From IMG/VR virus record IMGVR_UViG_3300033233_000001, positions 1 to 64,000 of that record: 64,000 nt of DNA; one strand, 5' to 3'. Positions 10,337 through 20,177 of this stretch are shown here, piece by piece. How positions within the stretch are numbered: the stretch's first letter is position 1; the number at the start of each line of letters is the position of its first letter. Position numbers and translations under genes: made by a program. Under the pieces are notes generated by a model. The model ran no database searches, was not told where the DNA came from, and saw only the letters and a program-made list of their open reading frames with translations.

Positions 10337-11678
10337 TTGAAATCCTCCGCTCCCTAGCCCGGAGGCTGAGGAAGCGGATTCCCAGGCTCACGCCCAAGAT
10401 CTTCCTGCTTCAACCCCGACCGCACCGGATTCCGAAGAACACGATGTCTTACACCAGGTCCACAGGCAGTCACCGCGAGACCCGCGGCCAGTTGTCGCAG
10501 TCCAGCTGCGAGAACGTTACGTGCAGCATTCACGTCGCGGTCGTGCTCAGCGCCACACTCTGGGCACTGCCATTCGCGCACGCTCAGCGGCAGGTCATCG
10601 AGAAGATACCCGCAGCAGCTGCATGTCTTGGAACTCGGAAACCAACGGTCGACCTTGATCAGGGTACGACCGTACCACTCGCACTTGTACTCCAACTGCC
10701 TCACCAACTCGCCCCAGCCGACATCGCTGATGGCCCGTGCCAGGCTCCGGTTCTTGATCATCCCACTGACGTTGAGACCTTCAACCGCGATCACTTGGGT
10801 TTCGCGAACGAGGTTGGTCGTCAACTTGTGGAGATTGTCCAGACGCCGGTCTGCTACGCGAGCGTTCAACTTGCCGAGCTTGATGCGAGCCTTGTCCCGA
10901 TTCTTCGAGCCTTTCTTTTTGCGCGCGAGACTGCGCGACAGGAACCTCTTGCGCCCGAGTTCACGGTCGTCGTGACGCGGGTTCGCGACCTTTTCACCCG
11001 TCGAGAACGTAACCAGCGACGTGATGCCCAGGTCAAGGCCGACGGCGCTCTCGATGGGCAGCGGCTTCAAGCGCTCGACTTTGTCCTCGCAGAGCAGCGA
11101 GACGTGCCAGCGGCCGGCAGCGTCGAGACCGACGGTCACGGTCGAGGGGTCGACGTTCTCCGGAAGCGGACGACTCCAACGGATGCCGAGCGGCGTGTCC
11201 ATCTTCGCGAGGGTCAGCTTGCCGTCGCGCCAGGTGAACGCGCTACGCGTGAACTCTGCGGAGCCACCGTCACCCTTCTTCTTGAACCTCGGGAACCTCG
11301 CTTGTTTCTTGAAGAACCTCTGCCGAGCACCGTGCATGTGCCGCAAGGCCTGTTGGAGCGGGACACACGAAACCGTGTTCAGCCAAGCGAATTCCGGCAG
11401 CTTCTTCCACGCCGTCAGGTGGGCACTCTGCTTGTTGTACGTCGGCGACTTCTTGGTCGCCGCGTACGAATTGTTGCATTCGCCCAGGCTATGGTTGTAG
11501 ACCCAGCGTGCACAGCCGATTGTCCGACGCAGCAGGGGCTCCTGCTCGGGCGTCGGGTAGAACCGGTAGCGGAAGCCGCGGAGGACCACGCGCAGAGCGT
11601 AGGGCACTTCGGCGACGAGATCAAGAACCGTTTCCTCCCCTGCCTGCAAAGCCGAGGCAGGGGTTTCCACGGAGGATC
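10337..11678 (-). mobile_element. IS200/IS605-family tnpB-only element 1 (IS1341-like)
   Basis: Right end GAAT + CCGCTTCC/GGGAGCGG hairpin ending TCAA; left-end hairpin CCCCTGCC/GGCAGGGG; inferred target TCAG (11679-11682); in-frame empty-site reconstruction. Confidence 0.85.
10354..11670 (-). CDS. tnpB: TnpB RNA-guided nuclease (true start possibly GTG 11589)
   Basis: FRYRFYPTPEQ HTH, RuvC VGLDLG / IAVEGL / DRDVNAA, Zn finger CSCCG...CPECG. Confidence 0.95.
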   Translation of the reverse strand: METPASALQAGEETVLDLVAEVPYALRVVLRGFRYRFYPTPEQEPLLRRTIGCARWVYNHSLGECNNSYAATKKSPTYNKQSAHLTAWKKLPEFAWLNTVSCVPLQQALRHMHGARQRFFKKQARFPRFKKKGDGGSAEFTRSAFTWRDGKLTLAKMDTPLGIRWSRPLPENVDPSTVTVGLDAAGRWHVSLLCEDKVERLKPLPIESAVGLDLGITSLVTFSTGEKVANPRHDDRELGRKRFLSRSLARKKKGSKNRDKARIKLGKLNARVADRRLDNLHKLTTNLVRETQVIAVEGLNVSGMIKNRSLARAISDVGWGELVRQLEYKCEWYGRTLIKVDRWFPSSKTCSCCGYLLDDLPLSVREWQCPECGAEHDRDVNAARNVLAAGLRQLAAGLAVTACGPGVRHRVLRNPVRSGLKQEDLGREPGNPLPQPPG

Positions 11679-12028
11679 CTGATGATAGTCGCCGGACTCG
11701 CCCTTGGCGTCTGCCGACTGTTCGGCATGGACATGGGCGATGTTATTGAGCGTGGCCTCCCGCAACACGAGTCGTCGCTGCTTGGCGTGCTGGAGTCTGA
11801 GCGCAAGCGTTCTGGCGATTAGCGTTGCTCGTTGCTCCCGCACGAGCACCTCGCTCGGAAGTCCGGGATCGAGTCGCCGCGCGCGGTTCTCGGCGTGGTA
11901 GTAGACCACGACGGGTGGCTTCGGCACGGCGGCCATCGGCATCGAGTGTCGGGCCGTTTCCGGCCTCGGTCAACTCGGATCCGAGTCCCCCTTGTTTCCT
12001 TGCGAGGTCGAGGTTACCGTCGTCGTTC

Positions 12029-12436
12029 ATGAACAACGGGAACCCGCGGAACACCTGGACCGAGGACAAGGGGATCGTCCTCGACGCCACGCAGTCCATC
12101 GAGGGCGGCCAGTACCTTCATCCCGACGACGAGAAGGTTGGCGAACACGTCGTGAAGAACGGCGCGCTGCTCGTGCACAACTGCCCGTACTGCCCGTCGC
12201 AGATCAAGCACATCGTCGTCTGGGGCGAGGTCGCGTGCTTCGTGCTCGGGACGCAGCTGCCGAACACGCAGGCGACGACCAGCGGCGTCTACTACCCGGT
12301 CCGCTGCGGCAGCTGCCAGAAGCAGACCAAGATCTTGGTCACCTGGCCGGAAATCACGCGCTACGTCGAGGACGGCGTGCGTCGGCAGGCACTGAAGCGA
12401 GACATCCTCGACGTGATGTACGGGCGCACGAAGTAA
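12029..12436 (+). CDS. Hypothetical Zn-ribbon protein
   Basis: CPYC and CGSC pairs. Confidence 0.65.
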   Translation: MNNGNPRNTWTEDKGIVLDATQSIEGGQYLHPDDEKVGEHVVKNGALLVHNCPYCPSQIKHIVVWGEVACFVLGTQLPNTQATTSGVYYPVRCGSCQKQTKILVTWPEITRYVEDGVRRQALKRDILDVMYGRTK

Positions 12437-12446
12437 GGAGATCCTC

Positions 12447-13409
12447 ATGGGCGACATGGACGAGCGAGAGCGGATGATCTTGGAGAACGAGCTTCTTCTC
12501 AAGCGCGAGCAAGAAAAGCGCGCCTGGTACGACAGACGAACGCAGCACCGCGAAGTCCTCGAAGCGGCGTACCAGCGGGAAGCCGCTGAAGCCGCTTCGT
12601 GCGGTCGCGCAGAAGCCGCCGCGGAGATGGCGGCGGAGCGAGAGGACGGCGCTCAAGCCTACGCACGCATGCTGCTGCTCGGGCGTCGCCAGGCGGCGGC
12701 GCTCACGACGTGTGTCGAAGCTCTCGAAGCTCTCGGGCGCGAGAGTGACGTCGCGGACGCGGAGAAGGTCGACCAGTCGCGCGACCACGTCCTGCGTGCG
12801 CTACGCGCGAACTTCTTCCAGCCGCCGGAGACGGCGTGGGAGCGCCTGGAACCGCTCTTCAAGGACATGCTGCCGATGATCGCGCCGATCATCGCGAAGG
12901 CGCAGACGCCACCGATCGTCGGGGGCATGGGACCGCTGTACCCGCCGCCAGCGCCATGCGTGCGGCCCGCCGCTCTGGAGGCGCCGTTTCTCTTGCCCGG
13001 TCAGATGGTGCGCACGCCGCTGGGTCTGATGCGCCTCGTGATGACCGGGGACGGACGGCTGATGTGCGAACGGCTTCAGTACGAGCGGACGCCGGGCTGG
13101 GGCGAGGTCAGGCAGACACCCGGCCCGTCGGTCGGCGACAACGAGTTCGACTGCAACGTGCCCGACTACGAGCCGCTCGTGACGCCCGCGCCCGCGCCAG
13201 ACGTGCAGGACGCGCCATGGGGAGAGGCGAGCGTCCCCCTCGTGCGGTACTGGGCCTCGATTCGTGACAGCCTCTCGGACGCTGATCTCGAAGAGGCGAT
13301 CCGCTTGGCGAACATCGAGCGCATGGACCGCATGGCCAAGCGCGTCGGCGCGGCCGCGACGGCCGATCCCCGCGCCGTCGTCGGCGACATCTACAGCGTC
13401 GCGGGCTGA
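12447..13409 (+). CDS. Hypothetical protein with N-terminal coiled coil
   Basis: 320 aa, AAGGAG RBS, helical E/R/A-rich N-terminus. Confidence 0.7.
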   Translation: MGDMDERERMILENELLLKREQEKRAWYDRRTQHREVLEAAYQREAAEAASCGRAEAAAEMAAEREDGAQAYARMLLLGRRQAAALTTCVEALEALGRESDVADAEKVDQSRDHVLRALRANFFQPPETAWERLEPLFKDMLPMIAPIIAKAQTPPIVGGMGPLYPPPAPCVRPAALEAPFLLPGQMVRTPLGLMRLVMTGDGRLMCERLQYERTPGWGEVRQTPGPSVGDNEFDCNVPDYEPLVTPAPAPDVQDAPWGEASVPLVRYWASIRDSLSDADLEEAIRLANIERMDRMAKRVGAAATADPRAVVGDIYSVAG

Positions 13410-13909
13410 GTTTTCTTCTTCGTCTTTTCATTCCTCGTCACCGGTGGCCACCGGCCGCCGAGCTTCTTCAGCCGCTTCTCCGCGACCTCGCGGTAGCCGT
13501 CGACGGCTGCGCGAAAGCGGACGAGCGACGCACGGTCGGCGAGCGTGAAGCCGGCGTCGATCATCGCGACGTCCATCGCATCGAGCCGGAAGAGCCAGCC
13601 GATGAAGAACGGCACGTCACCGATTGCCATCGCGCGGAGCGCGGTGCTCTCACTCGTGTCCCAGAGAAGGCGCAGGTACTTCTCGACGTACTTCGGCAGC
13701 TTCCGGTAGGGCACGTGCTGCTGCATGAACAGTAGCTCGCGCATCGCCTTCCAGGCGGCCATGAACGGCGCTGCGAGCGTGCCTTTCCGTGTCGTCCTTG
13801 GTGGCGGCAAGCTCGGGCCGCGCTGCGGCATCGGCGGTTCGTGGTCGACGAACGTCTCCGCCTCGTCGAGCAGGGCCTCGCGCTCAGTCTCGATCGTGGA
13901 CTTGTTCAA
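13391..13909 (-). CDS. Hypothetical protein
   Basis: 172 aa; ATGA overlap with the phosphatase gene. Confidence 0.6.
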   Translation of the reverse strand: MNKSTIETEREALLDEAETFVDHEPPMPQRGPSLPPPRTTRKGTLAAPFMAAWKAMRELLFMQQHVPYRKLPKYVEKYLRLLWDTSESTALRAMAIGDVPFFIGWLFRLDAMDVAMIDAGFTLADRASLVRFRAAVDGYREVAEKRLKKLGGRWPPVTRNEKTKKKTQPATL

Positions 13910-14361
13910 GGGCGCAGCACGTACGATCCGCGGAGGAACTGCTCGAACATCGGGTTCGAGAGTGCCTCCTGGTCGCCGCTCCGACGTCGAGCCTTGATGA
14001 GGTCGACGGCATTGTTGCCGCTCATGCCGTTGAGCCGCATGAGGGTGAGCCCCATGAGCAGGCCGCTGCGGTTAGCGCCCATGGCGCACGTGATGAGGCA
14101 GCGATGCCCGCGACGCGCGTGATCGGCGATCTTGCCGGCAAGCCCCCAGAGCAACTTGCCGACCTCGCGCGGGACTGGCCGGTAGATGTCGTCGTCGAGC
14201 GGGCAGTAGTAGACGTACTTGCCATTCGGCATGGTCGAGAACTTCGGCTGCATCTCCTCGGCGCAGTACACGACGACGTCCCAGTGCTGGAACATCGCCG
14301 GGTCCTTGCCGGGGTAGGCGCCTTGAGCGAGACGTTGGGGCACGATATAGTCGAAGTTCAC
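13906..14361 (-). CDS. Dual-specificity/tyrosine phosphatase family protein
   Basis: CX5R loop ITCAMGANRSG, general acid region PLDDD, NPMFEQFL end; AAGGAG RBS before GTG. Confidence 0.85.
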   Translation of the reverse strand: MNFDYIVPQRLAQGAYPGKDPAMFQHWDVVVYCAEEMQPKFSTMPNGKYVYYCPLDDDIYRPVPREVGKLLWGLAGKIADHARRGHRCLITCAMGANRSGLLMGLTLMRLNGMSGNNAVDLIKARRRSGDQEALSNPMFEQFLRGSYVLRP

Positions 14362-14487
14362 GACCGTCGTCTCCTTCGTCGTGTTCGATTTCGTTGCGGC
14401 TTCTGCCGCATTACCAGCCACGCCGCGCCGCCAAGAAGCATCAGTCCGGCCGCTCCTGCTACGGCCACGCCAACCCAGCCGAATGGG

Positions 14488-15033
14488 TTATGCGTGGCCA
14501 GAACGAAGAGGGTTGGTTAGTCTCCGCTGCACCTCATCGGCCATGGCCGAGCCCCACGGCTCTGCCCCGGCCGGCGTGAAATGCGGGTTCGGGTTGAAGT
14601 TCGCCGTCGGCGCCTGGTGCGGCAGCGACGTGCTCGTAAACGGGTAGGCGTCGATGAAGTCAGAGCCGAAGACGTTCGAGTGGATGGCCTTCACGCGGTC
14701 GCCGATCGCCTGCTGCGTCGGGTCCGCGTACTGCGGTGGCCCGGACAAGATGACCTTCGGACGTACCGCCTGCTTCAGCCTGACGAGCGCGTCGTGCAGG
14801 TTCTGGTTCGGCGCGTCGTTGTGGCCGAAGATCAGGAGAATCATGTCCGGGCGGAACGACGCGACCGTGTTCGTGTACTCGCTCCAGAGGTCGGGCATCC
14901 GCACGTAGTCGTACGGCCCCTTCCCGTCGTGCTCGATCTTCTGGACCGTGTGCCCGAGGGTCAGGAGCTTCCTCTGCGCGGCCGCTCCGGGGGTTCCGCT
15001 CTGGCTGTCGCCGACGATTAGGATCCTAGACAT
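14488..15033 (-). CDS. SGNH/GDSL hydrolase
   Basis: Block I ILIVGDSQS, block III FGHND, terminal PHFTPAG histidine. Confidence 0.8.
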   Translation of the reverse strand: MSRILIVGDSQSGTPGAAAQRKLLTLGHTVQKIEHDGKGPYDYVRMPDLWSEYTNTVASFRPDMILLIFGHNDAPNQNLHDALVRLKQAVRPKVILSGPPQYADPTQQAIGDRVKAIHSNVFGSDFIDAYPFTSTSLPHQAPTANFNPNPHFTPAGAEPWGSAMADEVQRRLTNPLRSGHA

Positions 15034-15076
15034 GGCGCGAGAATATCAGGCTGGACGGCTCGGCGCGAGTCGTGTT

Positions 15077-15091
15077 AGCTTGCGACACACT
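15077..15091 (-). promoter_or_regulatory. 15-bp motif, copy 2
   Basis: AGCTTGCGACACACT between divergent genes. Confidence 0.6.
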
Positions 15092-15092
15092 C

Positions 15093-15614
15093 GTGAGGAC
15101 CACGCCCAAAGATCGCGCAGAATCCGGCCGTTTCCTTCCGACGCGCCCCGTGCTGGCTGGCGACGTCTTCGCGCGCTGGACGGTCGTCGAGCCCTACGCA
15201 GGCGGTCGCCTGGCGTTCTGCCGCTGCGCTTGCGGGGCCGAGCGTCTGGTCTCGCGGAACAATCTCTTGAGCGGCCGCAGCGGGGGCTGTCGCGCGTGCA
15301 AGGGCGTGCGTCAGCGCGTCAGGCGCGACGTGACCGGCGAGGTCTGCGGTACGTGGCGCATCGTGTGCGATGACGAGCCGAGCATGAAGGCCTGGCGACA
15401 GGTCACCGCCGAGTGCCTGCGGTGCGGCGCGGAGTCATCGAAGAGCCTGCGCTGGCTGCGGTACAAGGGCGGCCTGCGGTGCGCCGCGTGCGACCGGCCT
15501 GCCGTCACGTACCAGGGCGTCCAGAAACGGCTGGCTCGTGGCTGGACGAGCGAGGAAGCGCGGACGCTGCCGGCGCGGACGGTCCCGGCGCGCTTGATTT
15601 CCGCGGGCGTCTAG
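15093..15614 (+). CDS. HNH-endonuclease-associated Cys-rich DNA-binding protein, no nuclease motif seen
   Basis: RWTVVE...CRCACG...L.SG.SGGC..C; C-terminal RLARGWTSEEA. Confidence 0.65.
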   Translation: MRTTPKDRAESGRFLPTRPVLAGDVFARWTVVEPYAGGRLAFCRCACGAERLVSRNNLLSGRSGGCRACKGVRQRVRRDVTGEVCGTWRIVCDDEPSMKAWRQVTAECLRCGAESSKSLRWLRYKGGLRCAACDRPAVTYQGVQKRLARGWTSEEARTLPARTVPARLISAGV

Positions 15615-15628
15615 CCTACGAGGACGGG

Positions 15629-16540
15629 ATGCCGAAGATCCGCTGGTTCGAGTTCAAGGCCTACTCGGGGATTGCCATCACCGGCGACGAGCCGGTGACG
15701 ATCATGGACCGCGGGCTCCACATGGACCGCGCTGTCTGGCTGACCTCGCAGCTGGAGGCGCCGAAGTACGGCAGCGTTCAGGGCTACGACGGGGCAGGCA
15801 TCTCGGGCGGGCTACTCCACAACGTCGCGGTGCTGCCGAAGACGATGGAACAGGGCGACCTCTGGAAGCTCGTCCGTCGTGCTCTCGATGCTGTCGCCCT
15901 GGTGAAGGGTGACCCGCCTGCGATCTCCGCGCTGCTCGCCGCGAACTTCTGGACGATCACGCCCGACGGCATCCTGCGGACGACCGCTGGCGTGAAGGTA
16001 TCGGGTCAGGCAATCCGCGATGTCGTGTCGCCGCCGAACGGTCGGGTCCCGAAGTCTGGCGCACAGTACAGCCAGGCTCTTGCGTGGGCGGGAGCGCTGT
16101 CCGCTCTTTTCTCGTCGAGGCCCGAGGCCAAGCTGGCGCAGAAGGTCTACGCGGCCGAGTGGCTTGCGCAGGGCCGGTCCGTCGTCGAGCTTCCTGTCTA
16201 CTGGGCGTTCACTGGAAACTTGGCAGTCGACTCTCCGATCGGCCTGCCAGCAGCGTCGCTGCCGGCCGAGGTGGACCTCGCGATGTGCGTTTACCACAGC
16301 TTCTCCGTGAACGCGCCGGCCCCGGCTGCGAAGGCGCTCGAAGGCGTGACCGTCAATCCTGCGAACCCGGTGAGCTTCGGTACGACGCTGATTCGCCGCC
16401 TCGGCAAGACCGCTTTCGGGCGCTGGACCGACGAGCCCGGCGACGGCAACAATCGCTATGACCGCACGCGTCGCGCGGTCTGGAAGAGCGATCTCTGGGA
16501 TAGCGCGATGGTGCGGCGACTGATGCCGCGTGACCTGTAA
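15629..16540 (+). CDS. Putative lysozyme-like peptidoglycan hydrolase
   Basis: LEAPKYGSVQGYDGAGISGGLLH resembles the E...avn.YD...S.G endolysin motif. Confidence 0.45.
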   Translation: MPKIRWFEFKAYSGIAITGDEPVTIMDRGLHMDRAVWLTSQLEAPKYGSVQGYDGAGISGGLLHNVAVLPKTMEQGDLWKLVRRALDAVALVKGDPPAISALLAANFWTITPDGILRTTAGVKVSGQAIRDVVSPPNGRVPKSGAQYSQALAWAGALSALFSSRPEAKLAQKVYAAEWLAQGRSVVELPVYWAFTGNLAVDSPIGLPAASLPAEVDLAMCVYHSFSVNAPAPAAKALEGVTVNPANPVSFGTTLIRRLGKTAFGRWTDEPGDGNNRYDRTRRAVWKSDLWDSAMVRRLMPRDL

Positions 16541-16552
16541 CGGAGGAAGAAG

Positions 16553-16924
16553 ATGCCGAAGATCTCTGGGTACAATTCGTTCCACGACCACGTCCACCAT
16601 GCGCTCGTCTTCAGGAAGACCGGCGCGGAGATCCGAGAGAAGGCCCTGTGCCTTCTGGAAGAGGTCGAGAGGTTGATCGCCGAGGGCGAAGCGCGCGTCC
16701 AAGACCTCTCGAAAGAGACGAACGCCGCCGACGCCGTGTCGGCCGTGCAGAGTTATGGTCGTCGGTCCGATCCGGACAGAGAGAATGAGCGTTTCCGTCA
16801 GGCGGTCGCCGACCTCCAGAGCAAGCGCGTCGATGCGGCTCGGCTTCGTACGGTTGCGAAGAACATCGAGTCCGATCGCGAGTTCGATCTCACGTTCGCA
16901 GAACTCGAATACTACGAGTTCTAG
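16553..16924 (+). CDS. Hypothetical coiled-coil protein
   Basis: 123 aa, GGAGG RBS. Confidence 0.7.
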   Translation: MPKISGYNSFHDHVHHALVFRKTGAEIREKALCLLEEVERLIAEGEARVQDLSKETNAADAVSAVQSYGRRSDPDRENERFRQAVADLQSKRVDAARLRTVAKNIESDREFDLTFAELEYYEF

Positions 16925-16927
16925 CGC

Positions 16928-17554
16928 GTGGCCGGCGACGTCGACATCTGCGAGTACTGCGGCCGGGAGATCCCCCCGATCGCCGACTGGTGTCTCTGCA
17001 TCTCGCACGAGGACAACGGCATCGCCGATCCGGAACGCCGCGAGTACCAGAAGAGGCTGCACGCGAAGTACGCGGCGCTGCGCGCGGCCCTTGCGGTGCG
17101 CATCGAGTGCTGGCAGTCGCCGGACGGAGGCGAGCTTACGTGTGCGCCAAAGTGGAACTGCGACGAGATGCGCGCGCGCGACATCATCGAGTCGGACGCA
17201 AGGCTGCTGTACGCGTACGACGTTGTGACCTGGCGCGAGGCGATGGACGAGCATCACCGGCGTCAGGGATGGGATCCGTACGTGCCGCCTGCCATGGAGC
17301 CTATTCCGCTGCTTCCGCCGCTACCTGGTCCGCATGCGGTCGACGAGCCACTGGTCTTCCAGCATCGACGACTCGACGAGCCGGAGTTCGACGCGACGGA
17401 CGGCGCGCATCCGGCTTGGTGGCGCGGCGAAGAGTACGGGGTCGCCCGTGTGATCGACATCATTCGCGAGGCCCTCGACGGCGAAAAGCCGGACAAGGGG
17501 GCCGCGTCCGACCTCGATCAACTCGTGCGCGACGTGCGAGCACTGGTGTCGTAG
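16928..17554 (+). CDS. Hypothetical protein
   Basis: 208 aa in a tightly packed operon. Confidence 0.65.
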   Translation: MAGDVDICEYCGREIPPIADWCLCISHEDNGIADPERREYQKRLHAKYAALRAALAVRIECWQSPDGGELTCAPKWNCDEMRARDIIESDARLLYAYDVVTWREAMDEHHRRQGWDPYVPPAMEPIPLLPPLPGPHAVDEPLVFQHRRLDEPEFDATDGAHPAWWRGEEYGVARVIDIIREALDGEKPDKGAASDLDQLVRDVRALVS

Positions 17555-17563
17555 GAGGAAAAA

Positions 17564-17809
17564 ATGTCGGAGAAGATCGCCAAGCTTCAGGGACTCGTGC
17601 TCGGGGTTGTCCGCGCGAAGAAGGCGTATGGCGCGACCGACGAAGAGATCGAGAAGGCGTTGTCGCTGCGGCACCAAAGCGCTAGCGCTCGTCGTCGTGA
17701 ACTCGTGCTCAAGAACCTCGTGGTCGACTCTGGTGGCACACGTATCGGTGGCGGTGGCCGTCGCGTCACCGTGTGGGTAGCCCGGCAAGAGCCGAAGAAA
17801 AAGCCGTGA
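17564..17809 (+). CDS. Winged-helix DNA-binding protein
   Basis: GATDEEIEKAL..HQSASARRRELV...VVDSG.TR; GGAGG RBS. Confidence 0.75.
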   Translation: MSEKIAKLQGLVLGVVRAKKAYGATDEEIEKALSLRHQSASARRRELVLKNLVVDSGGTRIGGGGRRVTVWVARQEPKKKP

Positions 17810-18024
17810 TCGGCACGCTCTACAAGGACGACGGTGCCGCGGTCGGCTGCACCGATACCCACTACGTCCGCTCGTATGACTACGGCGCCGCTGGTTTTTG
17901 GGTCGCCGACAAGGTTGGCTTCAAGACCTGGGCGCTCGACGGCCGGCCTGTCACACGCGCCGAGGCGGCGGCGGCGGTCGGCGTGCCGGAGGAGGCGCTG
18001 GCGCGCTGGGCGGCGACGATCTGA
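17806..18024 (+). CDS. Hypothetical protein
   Basis: GTGA overlap with the upstream gene. Confidence 0.55.
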   Translation: MIGTLYKDDGAAVGCTDTHYVRSYDYGAAGFWVADKVGFKTWALDGRPVTRAEAAAAVGVPEEALARWAATI

Positions 18025-18292
18025 CCGGCGGCTCTGCCTCGCGGACGAACACGTCTGGCACATCGCCGGTGCGGATGACGATCGCGACGTCGGCGATCGG
18101 ACGGTCGAGTACGTCTGTCGCGGTCTCGATGGCGTCGGCGACTTCGCCGGCCGCGAGCGAGCGCCGGACCTCGGCGACCGTGTGCTCGTGGAGATCAACG
18201 CGCGACCATCCGTCGGTCTCGGCGAGGAGCATCGAGGTCGAGTACGTGCAGGTCGCGAGCACTTCGGGTTGTGCGTAGAGCTTCTTCGTCAT
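17951..18292 (-). CDS. Hypothetical protein
   Basis: ATGA overlap with the upstream metallopeptidase gene. Confidence 0.5.
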   Translation of the reverse strand: MTKKLYAQPEVLATCTYSTSMLLAETDGWSRVDLHEHTVAEVRRSLAAGEVADAIETATDVLDRPIADVAIVIRTGDVPDVFVREAEPPVRSSPPSAPAPPPARRPPPPPRRV

Positions 18293-18726
18293 CGGGCGAG
18301 CCTCCTCGGTCGCGTCTTCTTCCCCTGGCACTTCACGCACTGGATGTCCAGGTCGCCGTATCGGACGGCGTTGCCGAAGACGTACTCCGCGATCTTGTCC
18401 GCCCGGCGCTCGACGCTCTCCGGCAGGCGCTTGCCCAGCCGCTTCGGTAGCTCGGCACCGTAACGGTGGTCGAGGGCGTGTCCCATCTCGTGGGCCATCA
18501 GCCCTTCGATGTACTCGCTCGGCAGCGCCTCGATCTTCTGGGCGAAGCTGATACGGAACGGCGGCTTCACCGTGCAGAAGCCGAACTGCCGCTCGGCGCC
18601 AGCACCGTTGTCGCTGCCGGCGTTCTCGTCGTGGTGGAGTTCGAGAGTGCCGAAGTCCGGGAACTGCTTTTCGAGGTCGTCGAAGAGACGGTCGAAGCAG
18701 GCCTGAGCGCGCGGCAGGCGAGGCAT
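18289..18726 (-). CDS. Zn metallopeptidase-like protein
   Basis: LMAHEMGHALD (HExxH). Confidence 0.7.
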   Translation of the reverse strand: MPRLPRAQACFDRLFDDLEKQFPDFGTLELHHDENAGSDNGAGAERQFGFCTVKPPFRISFAQKIEALPSEYIEGLMAHEMGHALDHRYGAELPKRLGKRLPESVERRADKIAEYVFGNAVRYGDLDIQCVKCQGKKTRPRRLAR

Positions 18727-18729
18727 GAC

Positions 18730-19251
18730 TTACGGCACCGTCTGTTCGGCGAGTTCGACGAGGGGGCCTACGCGCAGGTCTTCGTCGATTTCGCGCCAGT
18801 GGATTCCGTAGCCGTCGGCGCCGAGCGTCCACTTCGAGCGCTGCTTCGCGGTCGCATCGCGCAGACGTGGGAACTGGTCCCAGCGAACGGAGATCGTACG
18901 GTCATCGGCGAGGAAGACGAGCATCGTTGGACCGCGGAACGCGACGCGAACGGCAAGCGGCTCGGGCTCGAAGTCGAAGAGGAGTCTCCTGCCGCGCGAT
19001 GAGCGCTCGACCGAAAAGACTTGGTCTCCGGCTTTGAGGCCAATGTTTTCGACTTGGTACCGCGGAACGGGGAGGAAGAGTGTATTGCCGATCTGAACGA
19101 TCGTGTGACGGCGCGCGCGACTGATCTTTCGCAGGACGGCTTCAAGAGCGCGCCGGAACTGCCTGTCGCTCATGGTACTCTCGTCCAGATCAATCAGGAC
19201 GCGCTCTCCGGTTGGTGCCCGTCGCTCGATGATCCGACGTGGCTTACTCAC
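18730..19251 (-). CDS. AbrB-like + DUF2442 antitoxin-type fusion
   Basis: IVQIGNTLFLPVP...GLKAGDQV (AbrB); WDQFPRLRDATAKQRSKW...GYGIHWREIDEDL (DUF2442). Confidence 0.75.
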   Translation of the reverse strand: MSKPRRIIERRAPTGERVLIDLDESTMSDRQFRRALEAVLRKISRARRHTIVQIGNTLFLPVPRYQVENIGLKAGDQVFSVERSSRGRRLLFDFEPEPLAVRVAFRGPTMLVFLADDRTISVRWDQFPRLRDATAKQRSKWTLGADGYGIHWREIDEDLRVGPLVELAEQTVP

Positions 19252-20174
19252 GTCCGCACCCCCGCGAACTTCCCCTCTGCATCTACGATCACGCCGCCGC
19301 CGGGGAAGATGTTGGGCAGGCCGCACTGATCGAGCACGGCGCGGCCCTGCTCGCCGCCTAGCTGGAGGTCGAGGAAGGAGGCGTCGATCTGCATCGACGT
19401 CATCAGCCGCAGGATCACGTCCGGCCACGTCTTCGGCTCCCAGCCGTTCTTCTGCTCCTGCTGGATCTGCGTCCGGATGCGATCGAGCAGGTCTGGGCTT
19501 TCGACGCTGCCCATGTCGCTGTCCGGCGCAGCCGCTTCATCGACGCGTGCGGCAAGCTCGTCCCGGTCTTCCTCTGCGTGGTCACTGATGTCGATCGTCT
19601 TGCCGATCTGGACGACCATGTCCTCCGGCAGGCCGAAACCGTCCTCCTCGATCCGAGCCGGCGACCATTCCCGCTTGACCGCGTCGACCGCCTCGTTTGA
19701 CGGCGCGTTGTTGTGTTCGAGCGCCTCTACCAGCGCGCGTTTTCGAGCGCTCATCTGTTCTGGCGTCGCTCGGCGCTGCTGCGTCTCTGGCGCCGCCTCC
19801 AGCGTCGGACCGTAGGCGGCGAGGGCCTCGGCGAGCGTCTGCGGCGGGAACTCGACTGGCAGGGCTACGAGCCACGGATGGTCCTCGCGTTTCTTCGGGA
19901 GCATCTTCTCTTCGACGCGTACGAGTGGCGTCTGCGCGTCCCCGTAGAAGTCCGCGTGCGCCACGATCGGCGGCATCACCTCAGCGTCTGCACTCGACGC
20001 AGCGACGACCATCCCCTGCTTGATTCCCTCGCCGTAGGCCATCGCCTCCATCTTGCCGAGGTTCCGCATGACCTCGACGAGCGTCTGCTGCGGCAGGTGC
20101 GGCAGGAGCCGGAGGTAGACCTCTGACCTGAGCGTCAGGTACCGACGCTCGTCTTCGCCGAGACGGAAACGCAT
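19248..20174 (-). CDS. Hypothetical protein
   Basis: 308 aa, overlap-coupled to its neighbours. Confidence 0.65.
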   Translation of the reverse strand: MRFRLGEDERRYLTLRSEVYLRLLPHLPQQTLVEVMRNLGKMEAMAYGEGIKQGMVVAASSADAEVMPPIVAHADFYGDAQTPLVRVEEKMLPKKREDHPWLVALPVEFPPQTLAEALAAYGPTLEAAPETQQRRATPEQMSARKRALVEALEHNNAPSNEAVDAVKREWSPARIEEDGFGLPEDMVVQIGKTIDISDHAEEDRDELAARVDEAAAPDSDMGSVESPDLLDRIRTQIQQEQKNGWEPKTWPDVILRLMTSMQIDASFLDLQLGGEQGRAVLDQCGLPNIFPGGGVIVDAEGKFAGVRT

Positions 20175-20177
20175 GAT

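Larger units (their letters stand above)
10253..11822 (+). pseudogene. Small ORF interrupted by the TnpB element
   Basis: Joining 10253-10336 to 11679-11822 gives one frame: MKKARALSKP...QAVSFD-LMIVAGLALG...RKRSGD. Confidence 0.7.

Noticed and set aside
10337-11678. IStron (self-splicing) explanation for the interrupted ORF
   Set aside because: The element is antisense to the host ORF and there is no room for a group I intron core
10444-11682. 412-aa + strand ORF (likewise 33166-34479)
   Set aside because: Antisense shadows of tnpB; only the last few residues resemble a TnpA tail remnant
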